A stretch of DNA of 64,000 bases from Chlamydiota bacterium (GTDB taxonomy: Bacteria > Chlamydiota > Chlamydiia > Chlamydiales > FEN-1388): positions 2,232 through 66,231 of the forward strand of contig JABDDE010000004.1 in the NCBI GenBank assembly GCA_013287775.1. The letters are read 5' to 3'. Position 1 is the first letter of the stretch; each line of letters begins with the position of its first letter. The notes beneath the pieces were generated by a model. The model did not search any database, was not told the DNA's origin, and worked only from the letters and a program-made list of their open reading frames with translations. A program made the translations under genes and the position numbers. Positions 36,000 through 44,556 of this stretch are shown in pieces.

Positions 36000-36413
36000 A
36001 TGAAAAAAAATGGCAAAAAGATGCAGAAACGATCCATCACCCTCGTGGAATTGATTGTCGTTATTGCACTTATTGGTATAATTACAGGGGCTTTGGCGTT
36101 TAACTATCGTGGTAGCCTGGAAACAGGACGAGCATTTAAAACACGAGAGCTCATCAATAAAATCGAGCAGCTTAGTGCCATCGCTTCAGCAGAAGAAGGC
36201 ACTGTCGATCCTAAAGTCATTGAGCGCAAGATCAAAGAATCGCCTCTTTTGACAGAAGATGATCGCCAATTAAAAGATGCATGGAAACAACCTATTAGCA
36301 TTGAGTATGATGCACAACAAAATCGATTTACCGCTAAGTCCCAAGGACTCAACGACTATGAAAAGCACAACAAACCAAAACCAGGCTCTAACCAAAGTGG
36401 ATCCTCAGGATAG
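36000..36413 (+). CDS. Type II secretion major pseudopilin (GspG-like)
   Basis: AAAGGAG RBS. The prepilin-type N-terminus is KRSITLVELIVVIALIGIITG. The C-terminus KDAWKQPISIEYD resembles the GspG DPWGNDY region. Confidence 0.65.
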   Translation: MKKNGKKMQKRSITLVELIVVIALIGIITGALAFNYRGSLETGRAFKTRELINKIEQLSAIASAEEGTVDPKVIERKIKESPLLTEDDRQLKDAWKQPISIEYDAQQNRFTAKSQGLNDYEKHNKPKPGSNQSGSSG

Positions 36414-37017
36414 TCACAAGCCCCTTCGGGGGCTTTCATTCTCTCTTATAGAACTAATCATTGTTTTGTTATTTATCTCAACACTGGGTGTTTGGGCAGC
36501 TGTGCGCACGATGCGCAGTGTGGATAGTACAAAATTCCGTTCAGACTGCAAAGCCCTTCAAGAAAGGGTGTACAGTGCTTTAGATCTTGCACAACTTACT
36601 AATGGCAGCGTCACTCTTATTATTAATCGTGAAATAAAACGCACCCCTTCTGGCAAAACAAAACAGACATACCTCACCACAGCGCTCAGTGGCACCCAGT
36701 TTACTGAAAAAGCCGGCCGTGTCGGCGGCCTTGTTGCAAAGCTCCAGACGCAAGGATTAATACCTGCACTCAAAGACCAAACTTTCCATAAATTTCCCAT
36801 AAAACTTACCTTCAATGCTGCTGGAGAGTGCATTTTAGAAACTGAGAAGCCAGTGCACATTACAGAACTACTCATCTATCCTCCCACAACAAACGCTCAG
36901 CCTGCTATAATAATGCTGGCGAGGCCTACATATGTTGATCCATCTCTCTCAGAGCACATGTACAAGTACATTCCCATCAGCAAAAAGCAGACCCAAGCAC
37001 CCAACAACCAAGGGTAG
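36358..37017 (+). CDS. Pseudopilin-like protein
   Basis: GLSFSLIELIIVLLFISTLGVWAAV is a prepilin-type segment. The start is uncertain (in-frame ATGs at 36277, 36307, 36310 and 36358). Confidence 0.5.
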   Translation: MKSTTNQNQALTKVDPQDSHKPLRGLSFSLIELIIVLLFISTLGVWAAVRTMRSVDSTKFRSDCKALQERVYSALDLAQLTNGSVTLIINREIKRTPSGKTKQTYLTTALSGTQFTEKAGRVGGLVAKLQTQGLIPALKDQTFHKFPIKLTFNAAGECILETEKPVHITELLIYPPTTNAQPAIIMLARPTYVDPSLSEHMYKYIPISKKQTQAPNNQG

Positions 37018-37414
37018 ACGACATTTTACCTTGGTTGAGGTCATGGTAGCTATGACGCTGCTGATTATGGTTGGCTTTACCTTTTTGAAAGCTGACTCAA
37101 GATATGCAAGGCAACTTGCTACGGCAAAAAAAAGCGCAGAAGTCGACCGGGTACTCTATATTGCAGCCGGCGCTTTTTTGGAAGAGCTATATAAGAATCA
37201 AATACAGCTCGAAAAAAGCACCCGCCTCTTGCTTGACCGCTACAAAGCTATGAACTGGACAGCTACCTACACCATCGACCGCAAAGAGTATGCAGAAAAA
37301 AAAGCCACTCGTCTCAGTGTTTGCATCGAGCTGTATCACCCTGATTATAAAGCATTTTTAGAGCAGCACCCAACTGACAAAACAACATTTACCTTTCTTG
37401 TAAAACAAACATGA
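36932..37414 (+). CDS. Pseudopilin-like protein
   Basis: RHFTLVEVMVAMTLLIMVGFTFL is a prepilin-type segment. It overlaps the upstream gene. Confidence 0.5.
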   Translation: MLIHLSQSTCTSTFPSAKSRPKHPTTKGRRHFTLVEVMVAMTLLIMVGFTFLKADSRYARQLATAKKSAEVDRVLYIAAGAFLEELYKNQIQLEKSTRLLLDRYKAMNWTATYTIDRKEYAEKKATRLSVCIELYHPDYKAFLEQHPTDKTTFTFLVKQT

Positions 37415-38124
37415 AAAAACCCCATACAAAAAGATCCTTCACGATTATTGAGGTGACTATCTCCGCAGTCCTTTTTGCCTGCATTGTGAGCTCAGTTTTT
37501 GGCTATTATCGATGGCACACACTGCTCTCTCAATGCTTCCTTGTAAAAAAAGAAGAAGTAGCAAAAGAGCGACTTATGCAAACACGCCTCGCTGAAGTGT
37601 TTGCAAGTATACGCTATTCGTGTTCGCGCTCACCAGAAGATGGATTCTTCTTTACATTGAGCAATCCCCACGACCGTTACGGAGAAAGATTAATTTTTAA
37701 TTTTAAAAATACAGCCGACAGTGACTATGCGCTTTCAGGCCCGGTAATTGGAACATTATTTCTGAATAAATCATCAGGAAAATCTGAAGGGACACTGACG
37801 CTACTTATGTGGCCAGCGCCGCAAAACAAGCTAAAAAAGCCAACAGAGCATATGCGCCGCATAGCGCTCCTTGACAATGTAGAGTCATATTCTCTAGAAT
37901 TTTGGGTTCCTAAAAAACTCCATAGGTATACTAAGGGGAAAGAAGCGAGCGCCTCAAAAACGCTCAATTCTGCTATACAGCTACCAGAAAATGAGTGGAT
38001 CTCATCATGGAAGCAAGAATATCTTGCTATTCCCCCGATGATACGTCTTACTATAACTAAGGACAAAAAACCCCAGGCCTTTCTCTTTTTTATCCCGAAA
38101 GGCATACAAGGGATTGAGGCATAA
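37411..38124 (+). CDS. Pseudopilin-like protein
   Basis: KRSFTIIEVTISAVLFACIVSSVF. ATGA overlap with the upstream gene. Confidence 0.55.
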   Translation: MKKPHTKRSFTIIEVTISAVLFACIVSSVFGYYRWHTLLSQCFLVKKEEVAKERLMQTRLAEVFASIRYSCSRSPEDGFFFTLSNPHDRYGERLIFNFKNTADSDYALSGPVIGTLFLNKSSGKSEGTLTLLMWPAPQNKLKKPTEHMRRIALLDNVESYSLEFWVPKKLHRYTKGKEASASKTLNSAIQLPENEWISSWKQEYLAIPPMIRLTITKDKKPQAFLFFIPKGIQGIEA

Positions 38125-39087
38125 ATGCAAATTCTTTTTCTCACTCTTGGTTTCATATCGCTATTTCTCATTTTTGCAACTGCTGAGCTGCAAAAATCCC
38201 AGGAGCTTCGTGTGACGGATACTATCTTCACGGAGCATCTTACACAAAATGCCCTCGTTTGTGCGAAGAAGCTCAAAGAAGAAGTGCAAAGTGAGGTAAA
38301 AAAATTTCGTCGTATACCTGGCTCTGCAAGGACACTATCACGCCATTTGCATATTCACTTCTTGTTCCATAAAAAGGAAGAATCGCCGCATCAGTATAAA
38401 GACCTCGTACGTCGCCTCTTTATAAAACTCCTCCAAAGCCTCTATGAGCAGCAAGAGTTTTTCCAGAATGCAGTACGACAAGATCCTCAATTTCTTGAAC
38501 ACTTCGTACAGCGGCTCGTGGAAAAAAGCCAGCTACTCTATGAAGAAGGCAGGCTTGAGAGCGCCTCTGATCTTGCAGCTGCCTGCCTCAACGATCGGGA
38601 ATATCAGGATATTCTCTACAAAATGGTAACCGGCAATCGGCCACGCGATCGGAAAAAAAATATCCCCTTAGACACCTATTATCCGCCGCTCTCTGATTAT
38701 ATTGCCATTATGCCTCATGACAGCGACCAAAAATACATTGCCTACCCCTTCCTTGCCCGAAAACCAGTTCTCGACACGATCTTTGACGCACAGACTACCG
38801 AGCACATTCTTCAGATACGCAAGACCATCTGGAAGGAGGTGAGCAATAGAAACAGTAATAATTCAGCTCCTACTACCAATACTGCGAGCGTTGACGATGA
38901 TGAAGACGACGATGACGATAATGCGAGTTCAAAAGATCCTCAAGTAGCAAGCCAGGCCCAAAGACGACAGCAAATAAAAGAACAAAAGAAAATGCAGTTT
39001 GAGAAAGAGTGCCAGCCCACTATCCCACACGACATCCCCGCCTCGCTCCTCTATTTTGGAGTCTCGAGTACCGAGCCGTGGGAGTGA
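38125..39087 (+). CDS. Membrane-anchored hypothetical protein at the end of the pseudopilin operon (GspK-position)
   Basis: The start is adjacent to the upstream stop. It has an N-terminal TM segment (MQILFLTLGFISLFLIFATA) and an acidic run (VDDDEDDDDDN). Confidence 0.45.
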   Translation: MQILFLTLGFISLFLIFATAELQKSQELRVTDTIFTEHLTQNALVCAKKLKEEVQSEVKKFRRIPGSARTLSRHLHIHFLFHKKEESPHQYKDLVRRLFIKLLQSLYEQQEFFQNAVRQDPQFLEHFVQRLVEKSQLLYEEGRLESASDLAAACLNDREYQDILYKMVTGNRPRDRKKNIPLDTYYPPLSDYIAIMPHDSDQKYIAYPFLARKPVLDTIFDAQTTEHILQIRKTIWKEVSNRNSNNSAPTTNTASVDDDEDDDDDNASSKDPQVASQAQRRQQIKEQKKMQFEKECQPTIPHDIPASLLYFGVSSTEPWE

Positions 39088-39183
39088 TATTGATTAAAGC
39101 CCTATGCAATGCTCAGTCGCTTCGCTCCTTGCGCTTGCACAGGGCTTTAATAAAAAAGACTTAACATACCTCTTTCCAAAATT

Positions 39184-39272
39184 TACGATCATTCGTCGCA
39201 AGAAACCTGCTGTTCAAAACACACTGATTGCCATACCTTTTCATCGATACAATGTTTTTGCAGATACCGATA
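39184..39272 (-). pseudogene. Relic copy of the 3' end of the caspase-like gene
   Basis: Positions 39184-39272 match 39938-40073 apart from one internal deletion of about 47 bp. The relic still reads ..SVCFEQQVSCDE-stop, compared with SVYFEQQFFCDE-stop in the intact gene. Confidence 0.6.
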
Positions 39273-39937
39273 ACCCTACGTTTCGCTGGGTCATGCGCAT
39301 GCCCGTGCTCCACCAGGCCATAGCCTCCACCACGGTAGTGGCGAAATGCAGCCCTAGCCCCGCGTGCAGTGAAGGCCGCGCGCGGCGGCGCGGGCCGAGC
39401 GGAACGTGGGGTTTTGTAACCAATCAGAACCGAGCCACGGTAGTGGCGAAATGCGGCTCTAGCCCCGCGTGCAGTGAAGGCCGCGCGCGGCGCGCGCGGG
39501 CCGAGCGGAACGTGGGGTTTTGTAACCAATCAGAACAGAGCCACGGTAGTGGCGAAATGCGGCTCTAGCCCCGCGTGCAGTGAAGGCTGCGCGCATCGCG
39601 CGCAGGCCGAGCGGAACGTGGGGTTAGAGAAACGGGTAAAAAAACAGAGCTGCGGTAGCAGCGACACAGAATTGTATCTGCAACAACAATTATGTGCATT
39701 GATTATGCCACACACAAATGGGTTTCGCTGCTACCGCAGCTCTATTTTTATTTCATGCACCTGTAACCCCACGTTTCGTAGGCCGTAGCGCGTCCGCGCT
39801 ACAGCCGCGCTCCACGCGGGGCTAATGAATTCCACCGCTGCCGCGGTGGGGTCCATATCAACTAGAAGCATAATATGTTACGCGTTTGTCTTAAGTTGAC
39901 ACCACTCCAACCTTAGCCTGATGCGTATGCCTCTACC
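39273..39937. repeat. P-family composite element with the left arm triplicated in tandem (about 105-bp unit at 39330, 39435 and 39541)
   Basis: The unit is CCACGGTAGTGGCGAAATGCGGCTCTAGCCCCGCGTGCAGTGAAGGCCGCGCGCGG..CGGAACGTGGGGTTTTGTAACCAATCAGAAC. The central hairpin is at 39647-39743. The right arm is at 39768-39850. Confidence 0.85.
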
Positions 39938-39942
39938 TACGA

Positions 39943-40944
39943 TTATTCGTCGCAAAAAAACTGCTGTTCAAAATACACTGATTGCCGTACCTTTTCAGGG
40001 AAATGACTTTCTTCGGCAAGATCTTTGGAGTGATGTCCCTTACGGTAGATACAATGTTTTTGCAGGTACCGAAGATATTCGCGTACTTCTTTCTTTTTTG
40101 AGCCTATGAGAATGACATACTGAGGCGTTTGAGGGCCTTCGTCATAGGGTTTGTTTTCTTTTTTACTCCCATTATAACATATTTTTTTTGTCTTCTTGAA
40201 AATAGACCGCCAATGGGGAGATGGCAACCCTACTTCTTCAATAAGAGAGTTAAAAAAACCGTTTGTCAAATATGACCCCCTGCTGGGAATAAACTCCTTA
40301 CTCGGAAAGACAAGATGAGTTACATGACGATCTGAATCCCCTCCAGCTGCTTCACCAGGCGCTGCAGCAGAAATAATAAGTACTCCACATCGTTTAAAAA
40401 ACAGTTTACGAAAGTTAGCAGCAACACGTGGATCATTGCTACGCTTCAGCTGAAATGATTTAATTGTTCTTGAATCAGAAGACTTGGACACAAACGTATT
40501 GCAGCAATCGAATAACACAATAGTCAAAGCTGCCCTTTTAGAAAATAGTTTTTCAATAGTTTTTTCAGCATCTACTTTACAGTCACTAAATCGCATACGT
40601 GGCCATATCATCTGGGTATGTTTTGCACTACGATCTCCATGACCTGTGAAATAAAAAATAATCACATCATTTGGTGCTACATTGGCTTCTTGCACACAGG
40701 CTTCTAGATGAGCTGTTGTAAGTGTTTTATCAGTACTCGTAATTTTTCGAGTATATAAGGGGACTCTACATTGCTCAGCAATATATGAAAAAACTGTTTC
40801 TACATTCTCACAATCTTTTCGCGAGCTAAAACGAAGTAGCTCGTCTTCCGTATCGCCAGCAAGAAAGAGATGCATTGCTTTTGCAGTAAGAATATTTCCA
40901 GTAAAAAAAAGAACACAGAAAAATACAGCAGTGAAAATACGCAT
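39943..40944 (-). CDS. Secreted caspase-like (peptidase C14 / orthocaspase) protein
   Basis: Signal peptide MRIFTAVFFCVLFFTGNILTAKA. The His-Gly site is VIIFYFTGHGD and the Cys site is TIVLFDCCNTF. VLIISAAAPGEAA follows. Confidence 0.65.
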   Translation of the reverse strand: MRIFTAVFFCVLFFTGNILTAKAMHLFLAGDTEDELLRFSSRKDCENVETVFSYIAEQCRVPLYTRKITSTDKTLTTAHLEACVQEANVAPNDVIIFYFTGHGDRSAKHTQMIWPRMRFSDCKVDAEKTIEKLFSKRAALTIVLFDCCNTFVSKSSDSRTIKSFQLKRSNDPRVAANFRKLFFKRCGVLIISAAAPGEAAGGDSDRHVTHLVFPSKEFIPSRGSYLTNGFFNSLIEEVGLPSPHWRSIFKKTKKICYNGSKKENKPYDEGPQTPQYVILIGSKKKEVREYLRYLQKHCIYRKGHHSKDLAEESHFPEKVRQSVYFEQQFFCDE

Positions 40945-40945
40945 T

Positions 40946-41818
40946 TTATTTGCTCTCCTTGCCGTATCGCTTACTTAATTTTTTGTGCACTTTTTTCAAA
41001 CCTAAATACTTATCAACACATTTTTCTACAGCCTTTTTCACAGGCATCACCCAACATACATGCTGTTTATTAATATGCTCTCTCGTTATTTCCCGAATCC
41101 CCTTTTTAGTTACAGCATATTTCAGTACAGAACGTGGATTGCCCCCAGATCTATTCCTATGAGGGGAAAACGTTGCAAGAGCCACAATTATTGACTTTTT
41201 CCCTTTTCCTGTAGCTTCTTTCTTAATATGTATCCAGACCGGTATTGGCGGATATGCATGGGGTGTATGTGACTTGGGATCTAGCGAATAAAAAGCACTC
41301 ATCTCACATTCATCTGATGACTGTATACGAAAAGGATGACGGACCGGTATTGCATGAGGCAGACGCAGCGTACTTTTGCTACTCATATCGCTGCTGCCAC
41401 AGCGACACATGCTTCGTATTATTTTATTCAATGGCGTATACCAGACAGAGGAAGAATGAATATGCTCTTTTGTGAGCTCCAACTTGTTATGCTTGCCCTC
41501 TTCGAAGGATATAACACCTTGTTGATTATCAATAATGCATTGAAGAGCGCCATCAAAACGACCTGCATACATAGTACAATGCATGGGGCACCCCTTCACA
41601 ACATGCGCACTGCGCCCTACCCAAAACTGCACATCCAGTGGAGGGGAAGCAGCATGAGATAATAGATTGATTCTATAGGCACAAGCAAATATATACCCCG
41701 CAGGGCGTATCGTCACTTTAGGAACATGCTGCCTTGCATATAAAGAAGATATGAGGCTAGTAAGGCCTAGCAATAGGCTTACTGTGAATAACATTGTTTT
41801 CATAACAAAAGTTTTCAT
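40946..41818 (-). CDS. Secreted Cys/His-rich hypothetical protein, operonic with the caspase-like gene
   Basis: The start is re-set to the ATG at 41818 (MKTFVMKTMLFTVSLLLGLTSLISSLYA). The track's GTG start at 42037 would read through an H-family hairpin. Its stop lies 1 nt from the caspase-like start. Confidence 0.5.
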   Translation of the reverse strand: MKTFVMKTMLFTVSLLLGLTSLISSLYARQHVPKVTIRPAGYIFACAYRINLLSHAASPPLDVQFWVGRSAHVVKGCPMHCTMYAGRFDGALQCIIDNQQGVISFEEGKHNKLELTKEHIHSSSVWYTPLNKIIRSMCRCGSSDMSSKSTLRLPHAIPVRHPFRIQSSDECEMSAFYSLDPKSHTPHAYPPIPVWIHIKKEATGKGKKSIIVALATFSPHRNRSGGNPRSVLKYAVTKKGIREITREHINKQHVCWVMPVKKAVEKCVDKYLGLKKVHKKLSKRYGKESK

Positions 41819-41918
41819 TTTACATGCTCCTTTTAAGTGGATTGCAAAGTTTTTGTGGACTTGCCTACACGGTAGCATATCGTTTTTTGATTTGTCAACA
41901 GAAAAAATATAACACCTT

Positions 41919-41946
41919 GCGTACTTTTCCTGGCGGAAAAGTACGC
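41919..41946. repeat. H-family hairpin repeat (short variant)
   Basis: GCGTACTTTTCC-TGGC-GGAAAAGTACGC. Confidence 0.65.
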
Positions 41947-42086
41947 ATGCCGAACAGGGATAACACGTCTCCATCATGACACTTTTTCGCTGCAAAATCG
42001 TCATCTGAATGACGTTTTTTCCAGGAAATTGCGTCACGATTGCTATTCTCCTGCCCTGAGTTTACGAAGGGTAGGAGAAAATTACG

Positions 42087-42668
42087 CTACATCCATCGTG
42101 GATAGTCGACCTGGATACCTAAAGCCTCGACGCTGCGGGCAACAATAAAGTCTTCGATGTCAGATACCGTTTGGGGACGCATATACCAAGCAGGCATGGG
42201 TGGAACGAAAACTACCCCCATGCGCGAAAGCTTGAGCATATTTTCAAGATGAATCTCACTGAGCGGTGCCTCTCTTGGCACGATGACAAGACGTCTTCTT
42301 TCTTTCAAAGTCACGTCTGCAGCCCTCCTAAGGAGGTTGTCGGATAGGCCACAAGCAATGGCAGCAAGGCTTGCCATACTGCAAGGAATAATAAGCATGC
42401 CGAGCGTCGGATAGGTGCCACTTGCAATAGATGCTGTAAAATCATGCAGAGCATGCACCTTGAGTGCCAGGCGTACCTGTTCAGGGAAACTCTGTATATA
42501 CTTCTCAGGTGTCCCAAATTCCTTGCCCATCTCCTCTATAGCCGTAAGAAAGGCATGTTTGGTCATTACAAGATCCACCGTATAACCTAAAGAGGTAATG
42601 AGCGCAATTGCCTTATGTGCAAGAGGCGCCCCTGATGCCCCAGAAACCCCTACCACCACATGCGCCAT
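42087..42668 (-). CDS. ubiX: Flavin prenyltransferase UbiX
   Basis: VVVGVSGASGAPLAHKAI...; PCSMASLAAIACG; LVIVPREAPLS. Confidence 0.85.
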   Translation of the reverse strand: MAHVVVGVSGASGAPLAHKAIALITSLGYTVDLVMTKHAFLTAIEEMGKEFGTPEKYIQSFPEQVRLALKVHALHDFTASIASGTYPTLGMLIIPCSMASLAAIACGLSDNLLRRAADVTLKERRRLVIVPREAPLSEIHLENMLKLSRMGVVFVPPMPAWYMRPQTVSDIEDFIVARSVEALGIQVDYPRWM

Positions 42669-43531
42669 ACTCCCTCCCCTATCACCGATGCCAACACCAC
42701 AACCCCTGTAGCTGTATTTGTAAAAGCAAACAATTCATTTATTTTAAACACATTGTTGTGGAGCGCTTTGTGCATTCGCAGGAGGATACCAGCATAGACA
42801 ATAACACCCGTAAAATAGAGCCACGAGAACCCACCAACAACCCCTACCATGATGAGGCTGCAACAGGACAGCAGATGAAGAAGCCTGACAATACGATGTG
42901 TATTTGCTTCTCCATAGCGGGCAGGAATGCTATATAACCCCTCTTGCCGATCAAAGTGCATATCTTGCAGCGCATAAATACAGTCATTGGCAGCGATCGC
43001 GCTTCCAAGGCTGAGTCCTAAAAAGAGGGATTCTGGAGAGACTGCCCCTGTAATTGCAATCGATGCAGCCATAGGGACAATGCATTGAATAAGGCCAAGG
43101 ACAAAATGGCAGAGCGCTGTTATTCGCTTCGTAAACGAATAGGCCAGTAGCAGTATACTTACAGGTAGCGAGAGTACAAAACAGCTCGTATTAATGGCAT
43201 ACGCAGCGCCGTAGAAGATGCATAAAAAGCCAGCAGCGTATAAGACCACTTGCCTGCGTGACAAGGCTCCTCGAGGCAGTGCTCGGAGAGCTGTTCTTGG
43301 ATTTTTGGCATCGATCTCATGATCTATAAGGCGGTTTAAACACATGCCTGCAAGGCGTGCTGCCATAAACGCAACGATCATAAGAGCCCATGTCCACCAA
43401 GGCCGCGACCATGAATAGGCATCATACATAGCAATCGGAAGAAGCCCCCCAGCTATCATCCAGGGGAGCCCAAAAAAAGATTGCCGAAGAAGAAGCACTT
43501 CGCTTAGTGGATGCACTCGTGTATGTATCAT
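42650..43531 (-). CDS. UbiA-family aromatic prenyltransferase (4-hydroxybenzoate polyprenyltransferase-like / MqnP-like)
   Basis: NRLIDHEIDAKNPRT (the N-x-x-x-D-x-x-x-D motif) in a polytopic membrane protein. The start is re-set to the ATG at 43531 (the track start is GTG). Confidence 0.8.
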   Translation of the reverse strand: MIHTRVHPLSEVLLLRQSFFGLPWMIAGGLLPIAMYDAYSWSRPWWTWALMIVAFMAARLAGMCLNRLIDHEIDAKNPRTALRALPRGALSRRQVVLYAAGFLCIFYGAAYAINTSCFVLSLPVSILLLAYSFTKRITALCHFVLGLIQCIVPMAASIAITGAVSPESLFLGLSLGSAIAANDCIYALQDMHFDRQEGLYSIPARYGEANTHRIVRLLHLLSCCSLIMVGVVGGFSWLYFTGVIVYAGILLRMHKALHNNVFKINELFAFTNTATGVVVLASVIGEGVWRMWW

Positions 43532-43568
43532 GCAACCACAATAGCGTACTGTCACGAAAAAAGCAACT

Positions 43569-44006
43569 TTATGTGCGCATTCTCTGAAGGGAATTGCTGG
43601 ATGTTCCGTTCAAAAAACCGAGTATAGTCTGTAGAGGCCTTGTGAGACTTTTCTTCTCAGGCGCCTTATTATCAGTGACAGAAAGCACCCGATGTACGAC
43701 TGCCAGTCTTGTTTCTTGAGGAGATGATGCGCTTTGATGCTTAGAGAGAGATGGGGTCACACTTTGCGACCCTGGAGCCTGAGTACACTGCATAGGCTGG
43801 CTCATGCTTTGCGGCCCTGGAGCCTGCGTATTTTGTGGCAAACATGGATTTAGCACGGGATTTGGCACGTTTCGCTTGCTCTGTAATTGCGCTTGCCGTG
43901 CAGCTCTCTGTCGTCGCAATTCGCGTTCGCGATTAGACTCTGCCGGACAAGCCTTAAAAAGCCGTGGCCATTTAGGATTTTGATTTATATTTTGCACAGG
44001 ATTCAT
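43569..44006 (-). CDS. Hypothetical Gln/Pro-rich protein, tandem paralog A
   Basis: It shares MN..N.N.N..WPR.FKA....RELxRQRxARQxQ.Q and C-terminal L..FL blocks with 44080-44433. Confidence 0.5.
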   Translation of the reverse strand: MNPVQNINQNPKWPRLFKACPAESNRERELRRQRAARQAQLQSKRNVPNPVLNPCLPQNTQAPGPQSMSQPMQCTQAPGSQSVTPSLSKHQSASSPQETRLAVVHRVLSVTDNKAPEKKSLTRPLQTILGFLNGTSSNSLQRMRT

Positions 44007-44079
44007 AATAACTCCTTTTGGTTTTTATTTATGAATCATTGTATCAAAAACAATAAATTAATGCAAAACAGAAAATAGC

Positions 44080-44433
44080 TTATAAAAAGCTTAGTACGGT
44101 CGCTATAGGATTTGTGAGATTTTGCTGCACACATGCCTGATTATTAGGGGTATTACGCATCCAAAGTACAGAGAGCACGTCCGTTAATTGAGGAGATACC
44201 TCGCTTTCATCCTGAGCGCATTGCATAGGTATAGGCGGACTCACATTTTGAGACTCTTGCGCTTGTACAATTTGTTGCATACGCGGCCAAGGTATGTTTC
44301 GCATTCTTTGTATTTGCTCTTGCCGAGCACCTCTCTGCCGCTGTAATTCACGATTGTCACAGGAATCTATGGATTGAGCCTTAAAAGGTCTTGGCCACTC
44401 ATGATTTTCATTCATATTTTTTGTAATATTCAT
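44080..44433 (-). CDS. Hypothetical Gln/Pro-rich protein, tandem paralog B
   Basis: The start is re-set to the ATG at 44433 (MNITKNMNENHEWPRPFKA). It is a paralog of 43569-44006. Confidence 0.5.
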   Translation of the reverse strand: MNITKNMNENHEWPRPFKAQSIDSCDNRELQRQRGARQEQIQRMRNIPWPRMQQIVQAQESQNVSPPIPMQCAQDESEVSPQLTDVLSVLWMRNTPNNQACVQQNLTNPIATVLSFL

Positions 44434-44556
44434 AGCAACACTCCTTTTTTTATTATAGACCAATTGTATCATAAATATTATTTTAATTCAAGGGTAGATC
44501 ACTCAAAAAAATCATATGGACACAAAATCCAATTGGGCCTACTTAAAGCAATATGA

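Noticed and set aside
36000-36413. The missing TolR/ExbD partner of tolQ; the size (137 aa, single N-terminal TM) fits.
   Set aside because: The N-terminus SITLVELIVVIALIGIITG and the C-terminal region fit a GspG-type pseudopilin much better. It also heads a run of four prepilin-like genes.
37725-38276. Antisense ORFs inside long genes. Examples: 37725-38276, 11755-12211, 20829-21157, 21702-21990, 35176-35577, 52610-55588 plus-strand ORFs, 30070-30384 and 36104-36875.
   Set aside because: Each is fully contained in a longer ORF on the opposite strand that has recognisable motifs or TM/signal features. Their translations lack motifs and are compositionally odd.
39330-39626. A CRISPR array or a protein-coding repeat, suggested by the three about 105-bp tandem units.
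   Set aside because: The units are contiguous with no unique spacers. They correspond to the left arm of the P-family palindrome seen at four other loci.
39104-39788. ORFs 39104-39568, 39161-39529, 39241-39423, 39474-39788 and 39530-39715 as protein-coding. Comparable ORFs inside other repeats fall in the same group: 32727-33189, 24211-24530, 27206-27635, 16963-17287, 55649-56720, 3357-3593 and 8271-8537.
   Set aside because: They lie entirely within GC-rich palindromic or tandem repeat DNA and are open on both strands because of the palindromy. Their translations are Ala/Arg/Gly-rich repeats with no start context.
40946-41818. A bacterial gasdermin, because a roughly 290-aa gene lies directly upstream of a caspase-like protease.
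   Set aside because: The protein has a classical cleavable signal peptide and is Cys/His-rich, unlike cytoplasmic bacterial gasdermins. The protease is also predicted to be exported. There is no sequence resemblance that I can see.
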